DNA of 64,000 nt from contig CM119264.1 in the NCBI GenBank assembly GCA_051294375.1, positions 29,389,847-29,453,846 of the forward strand. The letters run 5' to 3'. This document shows, one piece after another, positions 1 through 63,875 of this stretch (positions are counted from its first letter, which is position 1; each line of letters starts with the position of its first letter). The translations under genes were made by a program, and so were the position numbers. Origin of the DNA: Paraspadella gotoi (lineage: Eukaryota; Animalia; Chaetognatha). The notes beneath the pieces are model-generated. The model ran no database searches. It was not told the origin of the DNA and saw nothing but the letters and a program-made list of their open reading frames with translations.

Positions 1-1743
1 TAACAGCACGACCCATCCAACGAGTCGAGGCGTCCAGGGCTCGCGGTCGTTCGAAGGCGATGACGCGTGAGTTCTGGAGGGCGACCGACCGACCGACCGA
101 CCGACCGACCGACCGACCGACCGACCGACTCTCGGCCACGCCTCGCCTCCTCCCCTTAACAGGCCGCGGTTTTCGAGCCAGCGACCCCTGGATGTCTGGG
201 TGCAAACAATGACGATTCCCTTGCAAACAATGACGTCTCGATGCAAACAATGACGTCTGCCGACTTCAAACAACGCCGGGCGGGAGAGGGAGGGGGGAGG
301 AAGGGGGCGTTCACGCTCGTTGGTTTAGGAGAAGTTGGGGGGGAAGGTGGGAGGTGGGAGAGGGATGGTGGTTCGTGAGAAGGTGGGAATGCGGAGGGAG
401 TTAATAGTAGAAGAACTGGTGGTAAAGGTGGATTCATGATTCATGAGTGTCATTATTAAATTATTAATTGTATTCATTCATTGAATAAACAAACTATTTT
501 TCCTACTGTATTTTGGACAGGCTATATATGTAAGAAAGGAAAGAAAATCGCGAAAGGAAATTCCAATGAGCGGGTGCTAATTGTCACATTGTCACATTGT
601 ACAATTAGCCAATTCGATTCAATTCGCTTTTCTGAGTTTAATTAAAAATACATAGGAATCATCTCATTTTTCTTCACTCGATTACCTTCACTGAATCAAT
701 CAATCAATCAATCAATCAACTCCATAGGGAAAGGCGAAAATAAAAAAAAAATAAATAAAAATAAAAAGAAAGAGGAAAGAAAATAAAAAGGAAAGAGAGA
801 GAAATACAGGGAGATGCAGCTCTTTTGCAACTAAATTTAAAAAAATCGTCCGGTAAAGAAACGAATAATAGTTTGAAAATTGGTTCACTTGTGAACAATT
901 GTAATGACAACACATATAATGAAAAAAAAACCTTTGGCAACCAAGACCTTCTCAAGGTGTCCAGAGATAAATAAATGATAAATGATACAACAACGGACCT
1001 GAGCTCGCGATTAAGCGGCTTATAGGGTCTTTCATTAAAGACATACGTTGGACGTAAAAACAAAATTTAAAATTGTAGGTATTTGGTAATGTTCCTTTAA
1101 AACATTTGAACTTTTTGACCCCGAACCCGACAAGACAAGACAAGGCCCGAGAAGACGGCACATGCTTTTGCGACCGATTGGAAATGCTTCTATTCCGACA
1201 ACTGTTGTAGCTTCATTAATTTCGAGAGTTCTGTATGGGATGCGTGCTTCTGAATCTCAATCCTACATTTTTTATTAATCAGGGAAATTGCCGTCCAACA
1301 ATCTGCCAAAATTTCTTAAAATTTTGTAAGGAAATGGCGTGAAAAACTATGACATATTTTCCAGACTTTTTTGATATCGATCGAAAAATAAAATAGTTTA
1401 GTTTCCAAATATAGTGGCTTTTTTGTTCTATCATACCCTGTTTTTGTGCTGTTTCTTAGTCCATCTAGCACAGAGAGGTCCACTTGTAAGATCCAGTAAG
1501 AGAAAAGTGGAACGGAGGGTGGAGGTGGCGAGGGGGTTGGGGTGGGGGGTAGAGGATGAAGAGGGGGAATTGGGGGGCGGAGGCTCCGAACGATTGGGGG
1601 GGAGGGGGCGAGGCGGCGGAGGAATGGAGGAGGAGTGGGGGGGGCGGAGGCTCGCGATAATACCGCGAGAAATTCGTTTTCCGGTCGGAAAACTCGAACC
1701 TCGGAAGAACTCCTGGGAGCGAACGGCCTTGAGGTTAGGCCGA

Positions 1744-1813
<70 letters not shown>

Positions 1814-3645
1814 GGCTAATTATGGTAACCTAGTAGCTCCAGACAAATCCTTTCATACATAATTTGTTTTACACAATTTCTAAAAGTATTATGAATATAC
1901 AATGTACAAGGCTTTTTCAATCTTTCTCGGTCGGTCCAAACAAAGTTAACATAATTCGTACATATATATGTACATACTACTTTAAGACTTTAACCAAAAA
2001 AAAGAATATCTTCGTTGCTAAAAATATTGAGAGATAATTTTAAAGATATTGAAAATAAAATGTCAAATCCTGAAAATGTCAACAATATGAATACAAATAT
2101 AAATGAAGCGAACAAAAATTGACTTCGCAAATCAAAATTGGAAGCAATGTCTGAGCTAAGTTGGAAGTTGTTGAAAAAAAGGAGGAAATTCTGTATGAAA
2201 AGAAAAATATTCTTAGGATAAGATAAATTTTGTCAGTAGTAGAAAAAAGAATTTTAAAATCATTGGCAAATATAAGAAGAATCGGAAAGATTAATAAGTA
2301 ACTAAATGAAAAGTAAAAAAAAAGAAGTTATTGTGAAAGGAATAATATAATGTACGGTAAACTTCACCAAAAGCAAAGTAGAAACAAAAGAAACAAGAAA
2401 CATGAAACAAACTGTGTTGCGCCGCAGTGACTTTATTTTCTCTTTTAATTCCCTTTGATTACATGATATGACATGACATGACATTACTCAAAAACTTTTT
2501 TTCCCCGTGTATTTTTTATGACATGCACTGCATCAAAATTCCGTCTTTTATATCTTTAGTTTTATGAATTCTTGAAGGCGGCGCTGGCAGTCCCTTATAT
2601 TTGAGGGGTTTTTCTGTCTTAACAAATGAGCAAAAAACTATAGGCAAAGTACTCGCTGCGCAACTAAAAACAGAAGAGAGAAATAAAAAAATGGAATTTG
2701 TGTTTTTTTCTTATTTTTTTCTTTTTTCTCGAATCGAGGTCATGAGAAACCGAAGTGCGGGGAAGTTCATCATCTTAAACTCACTTCGAAATTAGTCTTC
2801 TTTCCTTTTCTGCCTTCTTTTTTTCTCTTTTTATTTTCCTTTCTTTCTTTCTTTTCCTCTTCTTTCTTATTTCCTCTTTTTCTACTTCTTTCTTTTTATT
2901 TATCTTCTCTTTTCTTTCTTCTTTTTTCTTTCCTATTTTTTCTACTTCTTTCTCTCTCTTCTTTTACGTTCCTTTCTCTCCTTCCTTATTTTTACATATT
3001 TCTTTTCCTTAATCCTTCCTCTCCTCTTTCCTTTCCTTCTTTACCTTCTTTTAGTCCTCTTCAAGATTCCATTTCATTTCCCTCCTCCTCCTCCTCCTCC
3101 TCTTCCTCCCCACCGCGCACATTGAGTCGTCCATCTTTCCTAAGGTCGGCCTCATCAACGTCGGCGTTTGTCATCCGACGAAAACCTTCGAGTCGTTGTC
3201 ATCCTTTTCGTCGTCATTGTCATCGGATTTCCATTTTTACCGACGTTGATGAAACGTCTCAAGTGATTATTTTGTCAGTAATTGATACATATTTCATAAT
3301 TTACCTAATATGCGTTTTATTTCGAATTAAACAAGGTTGATTAAGTAAATTCATACATACATGAGCATCAAACAAATATGAGACTAAAGACAAAACAAAG
3401 ATAAAGATTGAGTGAAAACTACCAGTGTAGACAAAACAACGTTAATGAGGACAATATTTCAATCATAAAATGATATTTCGTTGTTACAATCTCCTCAAAA
3501 TACAATAATCAATATCTATTTTTAATATTGTGACTTTGATTAAGATTTTTCTTTTATTGCAGTACTTTGTAGGATGAGAAAAAAAAGGCGTATTTTCCAA
3601 TTCCAGCGCGAAAATAGTACCTTTATCAAGGTCATAACTGATAGT

Positions 3646-3695
<50 letters not shown>

Positions 3696-3761
3696 GTTAG
3701 CGTCTTGAGGGAGTTTTGTTCCCCAATGACCCAGACTTATGACGCTCTCTGTCCTCGAGTC

Positions 3762-3859
<98 letters not shown>

Positions 3860-4689
3860 AAAAGCTCAGCGCCACATGGTTATTAAGAGGAAGTGATATT
3901 AAAAACAAGTTTGTGCAAACAATGTCGGATCTGCCAACGATCATTAGCGGTAATTAATTAATTAATTTATTTATTTATTTTAATCAAGTTAATTTATTAG
4001 GCAATAATTAATTAAAGTTATATAATTAGGCAATAATTAATTAATTAATTCAAGTTAATTAATTAAGCAATAATTAATTAATTCATTAATTTGATCTGAA
4101 ACTTTTGTTTTTAGGTCTTTTTGTCACTAACCATGACAAAACCAATGACGACGATGATGGTGACAACGACAATAATGCCGAAAACGATTGACTTGACTAA
4201 TTGATTGATTGATTGATTGAATAATTAATTAATAAGTAAATAAATTGATTGATTGAATAATTAATTAATTAACTGATTAATTATTTGATTAATAAATACA
4301 TCTTGTATTTAACTTTAATATAAAAAGAAAAAGAATCATAATAAATTAAAAAAACAGTTTTTTTTCATATAAACTTAGTTCAAATAGTAAAATTTTTTTT
4401 CCCATATAAACTAATTTCCACTCAGACAATTCCATCAAAACTTCATATCCAGATCAATCAAACACTTTCCTACCCACACACAAAATTTCNNNNNNNNNNN
4501 NNNNNNNNNNNNNNATTTGATTAATAAATACATCTTGTATTTAACTTTAATATAAAAAGAAAAAGAATCATAATAAATTAAAAAAACAGTTTTTTTTCAT
4601 ATAAACTTAGTTCAAATAGTAAAATTTTTTTTTCCCATATAAACTAATTTCCACTCAGACAATTCCATCAAAACTTCATATCCAGATCA

Positions 4690-5182
4690 ATCAAACACTT
4701 TCCTACCCACACACAAAATTTCATTCTAATCTATCCATCCAATCACGAGTAATTGGTGTTTTTTGCTAAGGTCGGACGGACGGACGGACGGACGGACGGA
4801 CGGACGGCCTTTTTTTTTTGGTATAATTTATCATTAGGAGAAAAACAATTTTTATTTGTTTTGACAACGAATTTTAATGACAATTTGACAGACATGTTTC
4901 GACTCTGTATTTTTAGAGTCTTCATCACTCTAAAAATACAGAGTCGAAACATGTCTGTCAAATTGTCATTAAAATTCGTTGTCAAAACAAATAAAAATTG
5001 TTTTTCTCCTAATGCCCATAAACAACGAAATCGAAAGTCTATACACAATGGTATAATTTATCATAATTCCATGTTCTGACATGATATAAGTGAATGCCCG
5101 ACAAGATTGAGGGGGCGGACCGATGGACCGACAAAGTGGATTATAGAGTCGGGATTTGCTGATAAGCAGATGCGACTAAAAA
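4690..5182 (+). mobile_element. Non-autonomous Helentron/DINE-like repeat with a (GGAC)n core, interrupted by the fold-back insertion
   Basis: ACACTTTCC..CACACACAAAATTTCATT..CCAATCACGAGTAATTGG..(GGAC)n..GCGACTAA. A related copy without the insertion lies at about 37609-37795. Confidence 0.5.
4835..5048 (-). mobile_element. Fold-back insertion with a hammerhead-like core (Penelope-type remnant) and a 16-bp TSD
   Basis: 88-bp perfect inverted arms 4832-4919 and 4927-5014. TGGTATAATTTATCAT repeated at 4819-4834 and 5049-5064. Minus strand reads gTGATGA-AGACTC..GAGTC-GAAAC-ATGTC. Confidence 0.7.
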
Positions 5183-7002
5183 TGCAGGCCTGAGTAGCAA
5201 GCATGAGTAGCAAGCATGAGTAGCTCGCAAGAGTATCAGGCATGAGTGGCGGGAAATAAAAAAGGTCGTTCATTGAAAGAAATGTTAAGAGATGAGAAAG
5301 ATAAGGAAAATCTAGAAAGAAAAGAAGAGAAAAGAAAAGAAAAGAAAAGAAAAGAAAAGAAAAGAAAAGAAAAGAAAAGAAAAGAAAAGAAAAGAAAAGA
5401 AAAGAATAAAAAAGAAATTATAAGAAAAGAAAAGGGTAGAAAAAGAAATGGAGACAGAAAAGAAAGGACAGAAAACTGTAGAAAAAGATAACGAAAAAAA
5501 GCATGATAACATGTTTAAAAAAATAGGAAGGAAAAAAGAAAGAAAAGAAAAATAGAAAAAAAAAAGGAAAGAAAAAGTTTTCTTTGCGACGCCGAAAAGA
5601 GTCATAACTTTATTATGGGATAGTTAAGTCGAAAAAAAATGTGGCGAAAAACCTTGAGAGATTTTTTGGGGAGAGTTTGAATTTTTTTTCGTTCTCGGGT
5701 CGAGATTCGAGAATAAAAGCCAAGTAAAGAAGGAAATATGGTATAAAGGCTGAGGTATTGTCATTTTAGACCAAGGGTTGATATCTTACTGCGCAGGAGG
5801 TCATGATTCTGATATTTTCACTATTTTCCTTAAGGGGAGGAGGATCAATTTTTGGGCCTATATTCATTAGTTAGAGCTAATTTTTCTACTTTAGAACGTC
5901 GAAAACCGCAGCCCTCTATCATTTCGGAAAGCGGAGATATAGAGGTTACCAATGAAATTTCTTTGAAAAATTCCAGGCCCCAAACGGAATGACGGAGGAC
6001 TTTCATTTTTTGGTTCCAATATCCTCACCTGAATATCTAAGTCTGAGCGCATCCCTTTTTTTAAATTCTTACATCTTCATAGAAAAAAGTACAAAAGATT
6101 GAAATGGCCAAATCTTGGAAACGCAAAAAAAAATATTCAAAAAATTTTTTTTCCAAAAAACGATGCGGTCAGACCTGCGCAATCTCCTAAATATCTAATG
6201 AACAAAGTCGCGCTATTTTATCTTTCTTTATTTCTTTTTTCTGAATTTTTTTCAATTTTCCAAATTTTTATTTGAGTTTCAAAAACTTTTTCACGGTAAA
6301 ACACATTTTTTTCCCTTGCATTTTTAAAAAGTTCTTATTTTTTATTTTTACTGCACTAGACAAGAAAGAATAATGAAAGCGATCGTCGACGCAATTGATG
6401 CAGAGAAACAGCAAAGAAAAGTTGCCGTAAAATCAATCGTACCGTCTTAATCCTACTTTTCTTGTCAAAAAAGTTTTTAGATTTTTGAAAAAAAAAAAGA
6501 GAATTGGCGAAAGCGTTTGAGAATAATAACAAAAAGTGCAATGAGGAAAGTGAATCAACACCAGTCAAGGTAGATAACAAACAAACATAATAAATAAGAC
6601 AATGTAAAAAATCGCCTTTTTAATTGTAATCATCGAAGCCCCTTGCCGTATGACTGATCTCTTTGAGATCTGGCTGGATGACTCAGTGTCAGTATCGGGA
6701 TCGACAAAACGATGACGATGACAGAAGCAAATGCGACGATGAGTGCGACGACAAAACGAGTGACGCATAAAGCGACGATTGAAGCAGCAAAAGAGACGAG
6801 TATTGTGTGTCTGCTTGAGTCCGCTGCTTCAGGAGCTGCAGCAAGGGGCTTCGATGAAAAAAGTGTCAAAAAAGCATAATCAAATAGTGAATCAATGAAT
6901 TGTAAATCGCTTTAGCGATTTACTTTACCCTTGAATTTTGGTCATTTTTTTTTCCATTATTTTTTTTTTATTAAAAACTTTTTATTGATTTTTTATTAAC
7001 AG

Positions 7003-7680
7003 CAAGTTAAAAAAAGTATGCAAGTTAAAAAAGTATGCAAGTTAAAAAAGTATGCAAGTTAAAAAAATTATGCAAGCTAAAATATTATGCAAGTTGAAAA
7101 ATTATGCAAGCTAAAAATATTATGCAAGTTGAAAAAATTATGCAAGTTGAAATAATTATGCAAGTTTAAAAAACTATGCAAGTTGAAAAATTATGCAAGT
7201 TGAAAAAATTATGCAAGTTGAAAAAATTATGCAAGCTGAAAAAATTATGCAAGCTAAAAAAATTATACAAGCTGAAAAAATTATGCAAGCTGAAAAAATT
7301 ATTCAGCTGAAAAAATTATGCAAGTTGAAAAAATTATAAAATTAAAAAAATTATGCAAGTTGAAAAAATTATGCAAGCTAAAATATTATGCAAGTTGAAA
7401 AAATTATGCAAGTTGAAATAATTATGCAAGTTGAAAAAATTATGCAAGTTGAAAAAATTATGCAAGTTGAAAAAATTATGCAAGCTGAAAAAATTATACA
7501 AGCTGAAAAAATTATACAAGCTGAAAAAAATTATGCAAGCTGAAAAAAATTATGCAAGTTGAAAAAATTATGCAAGTTGAAAAATAAAAAAGATGAAAAG
7601 GTGAAAAAATGAAAAAGTTGAAAAAAGTATGAAAGTTGAAAAAAATGATATAAGTAAAAAGAATGATGCAAGTTAAAAAA
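7003..7680. repeat. Minisatellite with an 18-19 bp unit (AAAAAATTATGCAAGTTG)
   Basis: More than 30 tandem, slightly variable units. Confidence 0.95.
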
Positions 7681-9277
7681 CATATTATTTGTACTACAGT
7701 CACAGTTTAGTTTAAGCCCTTGAACACGATTTACATGTTTTGGTGCCGCCACTGGTTAATTATTTGATCAGATCTTACATTTTTGGCCTATTCATCAAGA
7801 AAAAAAATAACAACGACACTTTTGGCGACGACGACAATGATAACACCGATGCTGATTGATAAATTAATTGATTGATTGATTGATTAATTGATTGATTTAT
7901 TGATTTAGGCAGATACGCGCTTTTTCCTGTGTCCTGAAGAAAGATTCCAAGTTTTCACCTCCGTCTCCGCCTCTCAAAAAAGGGTTCCGTCAACGAGGAC
8001 ACCAAACATCAGATTTCTTTTAATTTGAATGAAATGAAAAGAAATGAAACAGAAGAAAAAACTTTTTATATTTTTTCTCAGATAAGTTTTTACGTAGAAA
8101 GCTCAAAGTTTTAATCTCCTCATCATGAGGCTCATGGAATCACAGTCAAGTTGAGTCTACTACTATGGTTCTATAAATGATATCCCAGGTAAATTGCAAT
8201 TTGGCAAACGAGATTAATATTTCATTTAATCTAAAAATTTTTAGTGAAATGAAACAATAATTTTAACAGCTAATAAACAATTTATAAATTTTTATCAGAT
8301 TATTAAGAAAAGACGAAACAAAAATTTTCAAGATTACATTTGCGCATTTAATTTGAGCTCATCTCAGCAGTCGATACCTCCTTGCTCCCTGATGCTCCTC
8401 CTATGAAGCGGATTTAGATTTTATTGGTATTTTTATCCAAGTATTATAAATGCATATTATAACCATTATAAAGTAAACATATAAATAAAACATAAATAAA
8501 ATATGTGTTAGGTAAAAATGTTAGAAAAATATTGCCCTATGTTACATATCAATTTTAGTATGCACCATCGACGACAGCAACATCATGAACAGTGACAGTC
8601 ATGCGCAATGTGCAATGTGTACTGACCGATGTAATTGTTTGTTTATAAATAAATATCAATCTAGTAATAGGGGATTAAGAAAAACATATTTAAATAGTGT
8701 CACTTTTTTCAGTGTCTCTTTTTTGGTTAGGACTTTTTAGGTCAGAGAATTGCAGAAAATCTTTATACTTGCTTATTTGGTTTGTTATATAATCCCCAGT
8801 ACTATTTATTAATAGGTTTTTGATTATTTAAATAAAAAATGATTTGAATTGCTTTGTCTCTCTGTGTCTCTCTGTGTCTCTCTCTCTCTCTCTGGACGAT
8901 CTCTTGCGTGATCGTTCGTTTTTTTCAATACAAAATCCCAAATTTACATCTGAGATTTTCGTGGATTTTTTTGAGAAAATGTGAAGAATAACTACTTGAC
9001 CTGCATTTCGTGGCCGTTGCGGGGCAACGAGTAAACAATGTCGAGTACATGACCTAATACGCGTTTTGATGGCAACGGAAACATTACGTGTATGAAAAAA
9101 TCAACTTGACCGAGATCACGCAGCCGTTGCGAGCAACGGATAACCGATATAAACGAGAGTGACCTAATATTGCGTCTCGTTGGCGGGAAAACTCTCTATC
9201 TCTTTTTTTTACAAAAAAAAATTTGTATTCCTTTTTTTTTACCACCGTTACTAGGTGATAAATGTTATGCTTACCTT

Positions 9278-9315
<38 letters not shown>

Positions 9316-9649
9316 ACGATATCTGAGTTATTTTAGAGGTTTTTTGCATGGCCGTTGTCAATTTTTGGAGAGAGAGAGAGAGAGAGACGTTCTAGGTAGT
9401 TCTGTTTAAGACTCACCATTGAACGTTTTTGCCCGTTCCGAATATTGGTTTGACGGGATTTTTCTGTACAATAAAGTTTCTCTCTTTCTGCTTATTCATC
9501 GTGACTTTTTATTCATGATTTATCTCGAGATTCAGCGAAACATTCAGTCGAAATCTCCCTCGTCAACTTCAAGGTACGGGCAACGTCTCGAACGCGCGAC
9601 TCCGGGGCTTGAAGTCGAAAAACAACTTCAACGAGTAAACGAGTTCCGG

Positions 9650-9698
<49 letters not shown>

Positions 9699-10029
9699 TT
9701 TTTTTTTTTTTACAAAAACATTTTTTAAAATTTTTTTTCACATCCGTCAATAGGCGACGAGTAAACGAGTTCCGGCTCTGCAGCGTCTCTCCAGCTTCTT
9801 TCTCTCTCTCTCTCTCTCTCTTCTGTCTCTCTCTCTCTCTGTACGATCTCTTGCGTGATTATTTTTTTCCTTCTAAAAACTTTTATTATCGCCATTTATT
9901 CCGCGCTTGTTTCTCAATACAAAATCCCACTCTCTCTCTTTATTTCTCTCTTTCTCTCTCTCTCTTTCACTCATACACGCATTTGTTTGTTTTATTTATG
10001 ATGAATGATTCATCGCGTCAATGAATGAC

Positions 10030-10165
10030 TATCATAGCATCAATCATTTGGTTATCATCGCATCAATATTTGTTTATCATCGCATCAATATTTTGTTATC
10101 ATCGCATCAATCCTTTGGTTATCATCGCATCAATATTTGGTTATCATCGCATCAATATTTGGTTG
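10030..10165. repeat. 22-bp tandem repeat (TATCATCGCATCAATATTTGGT), about 6 copies
   Basis: Directly visible. Confidence 0.9.
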
Positions 10166-11749
10166 TCATTGAAGGCAAGCTTGGTCCTTTTCTTTTAAGA
10201 TTTTTTTTCTTAGGGAAAAAAATACGGTAAAGGTATTTTTAAACATGAAAAGATTCACTGATTCTGACGTCATAACATCTTCTCATCACTGTATGGTAGT
10301 GGAACTAACTATACTGTAAACTCGAAGTGCAGTCGTATTTATTTTTTCAAATGTTTTTTTCGATTTTCTATCCACCTGTCACAGTCTCGGTGCTCTAACT
10401 TCGATAATGATTGTTAAGGGACAAGGGTTTTCCATGCAAGCTAGTCAAGAATTAACTGATATTATTTCACTATTTCTTAAGGGGACCCAGTGATAAAAAT
10501 GATATCAAAAGCTTAAGGGTCTTCATCAAAGGAATTTGAATGGTGATAGTCATTAATTTTTCTTTGGCACGGGAAAGTGGTAAAAAAATTCCTATCTCTT
10601 ATTGTAGCGGAAACAAAAATTTAATAATTATGAAAAAAACATTTAGTTGACCCTACACTAAATATTTATATAATCCATTATTTTATTTTTGCATTAGAAA
10701 GTATTTTTTAACTAAATTCCAATTTTTAATTTTTTACTGTACAAAGCTAAAATTTTAGGGTTTAAGCCTCATTGAACAAAGGCTTTACAAGACTAATATT
10801 TTTATATTTTTATATTTACTTAAAAGCAGACAAATCAAACCTAAATTCCTATTCTTACAGAAACAAAACTATAATATTTATTAATTAATATTCATATTCC
10901 TCCCTTAAATGTATTATTAAACTATATTGATTCCTAATTATAACAATTAAAAATTTAGTAAAAGTAAAGAATCTTTCTCTTCTTTTTATATTTATATTAC
11001 TTCAAAGAGTTTTATTTTCATCCAATTAACATAATCATTTGAAAAGAAAGTTTAAATAAAATCAGTCGATACCTTAAATTTTGATTCATTCCTAGTTTTT
11101 TTTCTTATAAATTTTTATGATAAAAGCTGAAAATCTTTTTAAAATTAGATCTTACCTTTTTTTTGGAAAAAAAATTTTAAACTTGAAAAAGATTTTCTTC
11201 TTACCGATTTTTTAAAGAAAATTAAGCTGGCTGATTTTATCAAATTTTTTAACTACTTTCCCAAATAATTATAGAAGAAAAAATTATATGGTCAGAACAC
11301 AGCTTAAGTTAAAGGGTCAAACGTTATGTTTTCAGCTTTTTACCCCCCTGTTCACTTGGTCCCCTTAATAGACGAACTTTAATTCGTACTTGGAAAACTT
11401 TGTTTAAACGTACAACGAATGAAATTCTAATGTATATAAAACTATATATGCTTGGACAGCTGAGTACTCGCTTACCAATTCTGATTTCTGAGTTTAATTC
11501 TCTCTCGTCTCTGTCGGGAGATGCCATAATACCTTTTTTGTTTATATATGTATCTGTTTTTTGTATTTACTGTATTTTTTATTTACTGTGATTGTTTGAA
11601 TACGTACATTTGTATTCGTCTATATCGTAAACTGATAGAAATAAAACACCTGATTTGTTATTGTGAAATCAATACTTAGTGACTCTGATTCTTGTCCCGT
11701 CTGATTTTTAAGCCCTCTGTTAATTCTTCACCGACTCTAAATACCAAAG

Positions 11750-11970
11750 CATCTCACAGATTCACACTTCAAAGATTCAAGAGCTGCTCTTTGAAATCCG
11801 ATTCCGATTCCGATTCCAAAGACTACCACACTTCACAGATTCAAGAGCTGTTCTTTAAAATCCGATTCTAAATTCCAAAGCCTATCACACTTCACAGATT
11901 TAAGAGCTGTTCTTTGAAATCCGATTCTAAATTCCAAAGCCATTCTCACAGATTCAAGAGCTGATCTTGT
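11750..11970. repeat. Tandem repeat of about 59 bp, 3-4 copies
   Basis: CACAGATTCAAGAGCTGTTCTTTGAAATCCGATTCTAAATTCCAAAG recurs. Confidence 0.85.
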
Positions 11971-12032
11971 AAATCGTCCCTCCGCGTTATGAGTCCACGA
12001 GTTTTCTGTCGGCGACGGGCGCAGAAGGACGC

Positions 12033-12046
12033 GTTGTTATGGAAAC
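12033..12046. promoter_or_regulatory. RFX X-box (GTTGTTATGGAAAC)
   Basis: 14-bp imperfect palindrome like GTTGCCATGGCAAC, inside a GC-rich patch. Confidence 0.5.
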
Positions 12047-12482
12047 GGGTCCGTCGTGGAAAGAAGCGGAGGAGAGAAGTCGAGGACTTTGAGATAATAA
12101 AGAAAAATGAGAGAAGATGAGGGATTTGAAGCAAAGATGAATACTACTATGAATGTGGCATAAAGGACAAAAGACTAAAAAGCAAAGGACAGAAATAAGA
12201 ATGAAAGATGAGAATGCGGAAAATTAACTATTTATTTTAATCAACAAATTGTACATTTTTTATAAAGAAAAAAAAATTAGTAACCAAACTTCATAGTTTC
12301 TTGAAAAACAGTATATTTAACATGTTATTTTTTTTAAGTAACCAATTTAAAAAGAAGCGTTTTAAAGGGCCTTGAGCCCTATGTCGAATCATAGTCAAAT
12401 AAAGACTTTTACTCTCATAGGGAGGAGGAGGAGGAGAAGGAGGAGGAGGAGGAGGAGGAGGAAGAAGAAGAGGATGAGGATC

Positions 12483-12495
12483 GTTTCCTAGCAAC
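12483..12495. promoter_or_regulatory. RFX X-box (GTTTCCTAGCAAC)
   Basis: Matches the X-box consensus, about 350 bp upstream of a ciliary dynein ATG. Confidence 0.6.
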
Positions 12496-12802
12496 CACTT
12501 AAACCGAGTCCGTTTCATGACATCTGTTTCGACAACTTCGGGTTAAATACGAAATGACAAACTGATATTAATATTTGACTATTCCAACTAATGTTTTTGT
12601 ACTTTTGGTAATCAACACTATCACCAACTTTCAATAAGGTCACGAATGAAAACAAGAACAACAACAACAACAACAAGAACAACAACAACGAGGAAACCAA
12701 TTCGATTCGCCAGAAATTGAAACAGACTTTTTCCGAAAATTCTCTGGAAACCGTTTTGTCATTTCGACGCCATGAATATTTTAATCGCGACAACTTGAAT
12801 AC

Positions 12803-12842
<40 letters not shown>

Positions 12843-12848
12843 GGCGCC

Positions 12849-62400
<49,552 letters not shown>

Positions 62401-62674
62401 TGGTTTAAACTGTTAATTTATTGTTTGAATTAGTCCTTTGGGATTCACTACGTTGTTTGCATTGGTTAACAGACCGTGTTAATTTATACCTGTATGCAAT
62501 ATTGTTCTTTGACCGGCTTTTACGAACACTCCANNNNNNNNNNTATGATTTTTTCATTGTAGACACCTGGATTTTTCCTTTTGAATCTTCGGATTTTTTC
62601 AACTTTTGTAGATAAAAATTAAATTTTCTATTAAAAAACGACCATAACTTAGATGTTCTTTTTATAAAAGAGAT

Positions 62675-63610
62675 ATTGACTTTCGGCTTGGTCTATTTCT
62701 TGCGATCATTATGGATTCAGCATTTGGATCAGACTCTACAGACTAATAAACGTTTGGATATCTTCTGTGCTTTGTATATGATCAATCCGTGATCATTCCG
62801 TGAATAATTGAAATTGTCTGTGTCTAATAATAATTATTACTTTTATTGATTATTAGCGGTATTATTTGTTTGGTATAAATATTACAGTTGCTCGCAGCAT
62901 TAAGGTACCCATTAAATATCAAGACTTCAAGTCCAAGTGGATAAGAAACAATTATAAAATTTACGGTGCCCGCGATCCCGGTCTTCAGTAGTTTCTCTCC
63001 CTACGTCTTCTCCCTCTCCGCTAGGTCGAGGAGGGCGTTCTTTCAATTAAAGTGATCTGGTGTATCGAAATGAACTTAATCGGTTTTTCTTTTGGTAAAT
63101 ATTACATCCAAACTTTGACATGTTTTCTTAATACCTGATAATTCAGCTTAATATTTGTTTGTAAATTAATATTTACATACTCATCTGCTTTAACATTGCA
63201 TTAAGTTTTGTTTAATATAATTTAAAGTCCAGACGACCTTAAGATAAGAGAGATATTCATATTGACTTTCGTCTCGTCGTCTCTCTATCGCGATCATTCG
63301 GGATTTGTATTCAACTTCCGTATTTCTTCCATATTTATTCTGTGATTAATTGTAACTGTTTGTGTTTTATAGTGATTATTAGTAATATTATTGTCTGATA
63401 TAGATATTGCAGTTGCTTGCCGGCAAGAGCAACTGGAATGTCTATATGCTTTGATTATTTTATTAAAGTATCCATTAAATATCAAGACGCCAAGTGGATA
63501 AGAACTATTTATAAAATTTACGGCGCGTGCGATCCCGGTCTTCAGTTTGGTTTCTCTCCCAATGTCTTCTCCCTCTCCGCTAGGTCGAGGAGGGGTTTTT
63601 TTTCAATAAT
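62675..63610. repeat. Two diverged copies of a repeat of about 350 bp (62675-63045, 63260-63605)
   Basis: Shared ATATTGACTTTCG, CCATTAAATATCAAGAC and GATCCCGGTCTTCAGT..CTCCCTCTCCGCTAGGTCGAGGAGGG. Confidence 0.8.
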
Positions 63611-63875
63611 ATTTAATTACTCTGTGTTTGGCAGATTTTTTTTCTTTTTCAGGTTAATGATTCGGGTGTAGTGACGACAAAGTCGACGACGGTGACCTTA
63701 CCATTCACCACTGGTAAATCTTACCACTCAACCATTTAGTGGAGGAAAGTTCCTCACCCACGTAACCAATTTTATTTACTGTTGAGGGTTACCAACGCTA
63801 ATTCTGTTATTTTTATTATTGTTTATATTTTATTTTAGATTGTTAAGTGTCATCTCATGCACCGAGTAGTTTGAT

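Noticed and set aside
4303-4722. Tandem duplication of about 190-210 bp around the N gap
   Set aside because: Typical unmerged contig overlap at a scaffold gap.
4743-5079. Near-identical ORFs on both strands
   Set aside because: A consequence of the perfect palindrome, not coding sequence.
1414-5605. RE-repeat, KEKKR and poly-T ORFs
   Set aside because: They are products of (GA)n, (GAAAA)n and (GTC)n microsatellites.
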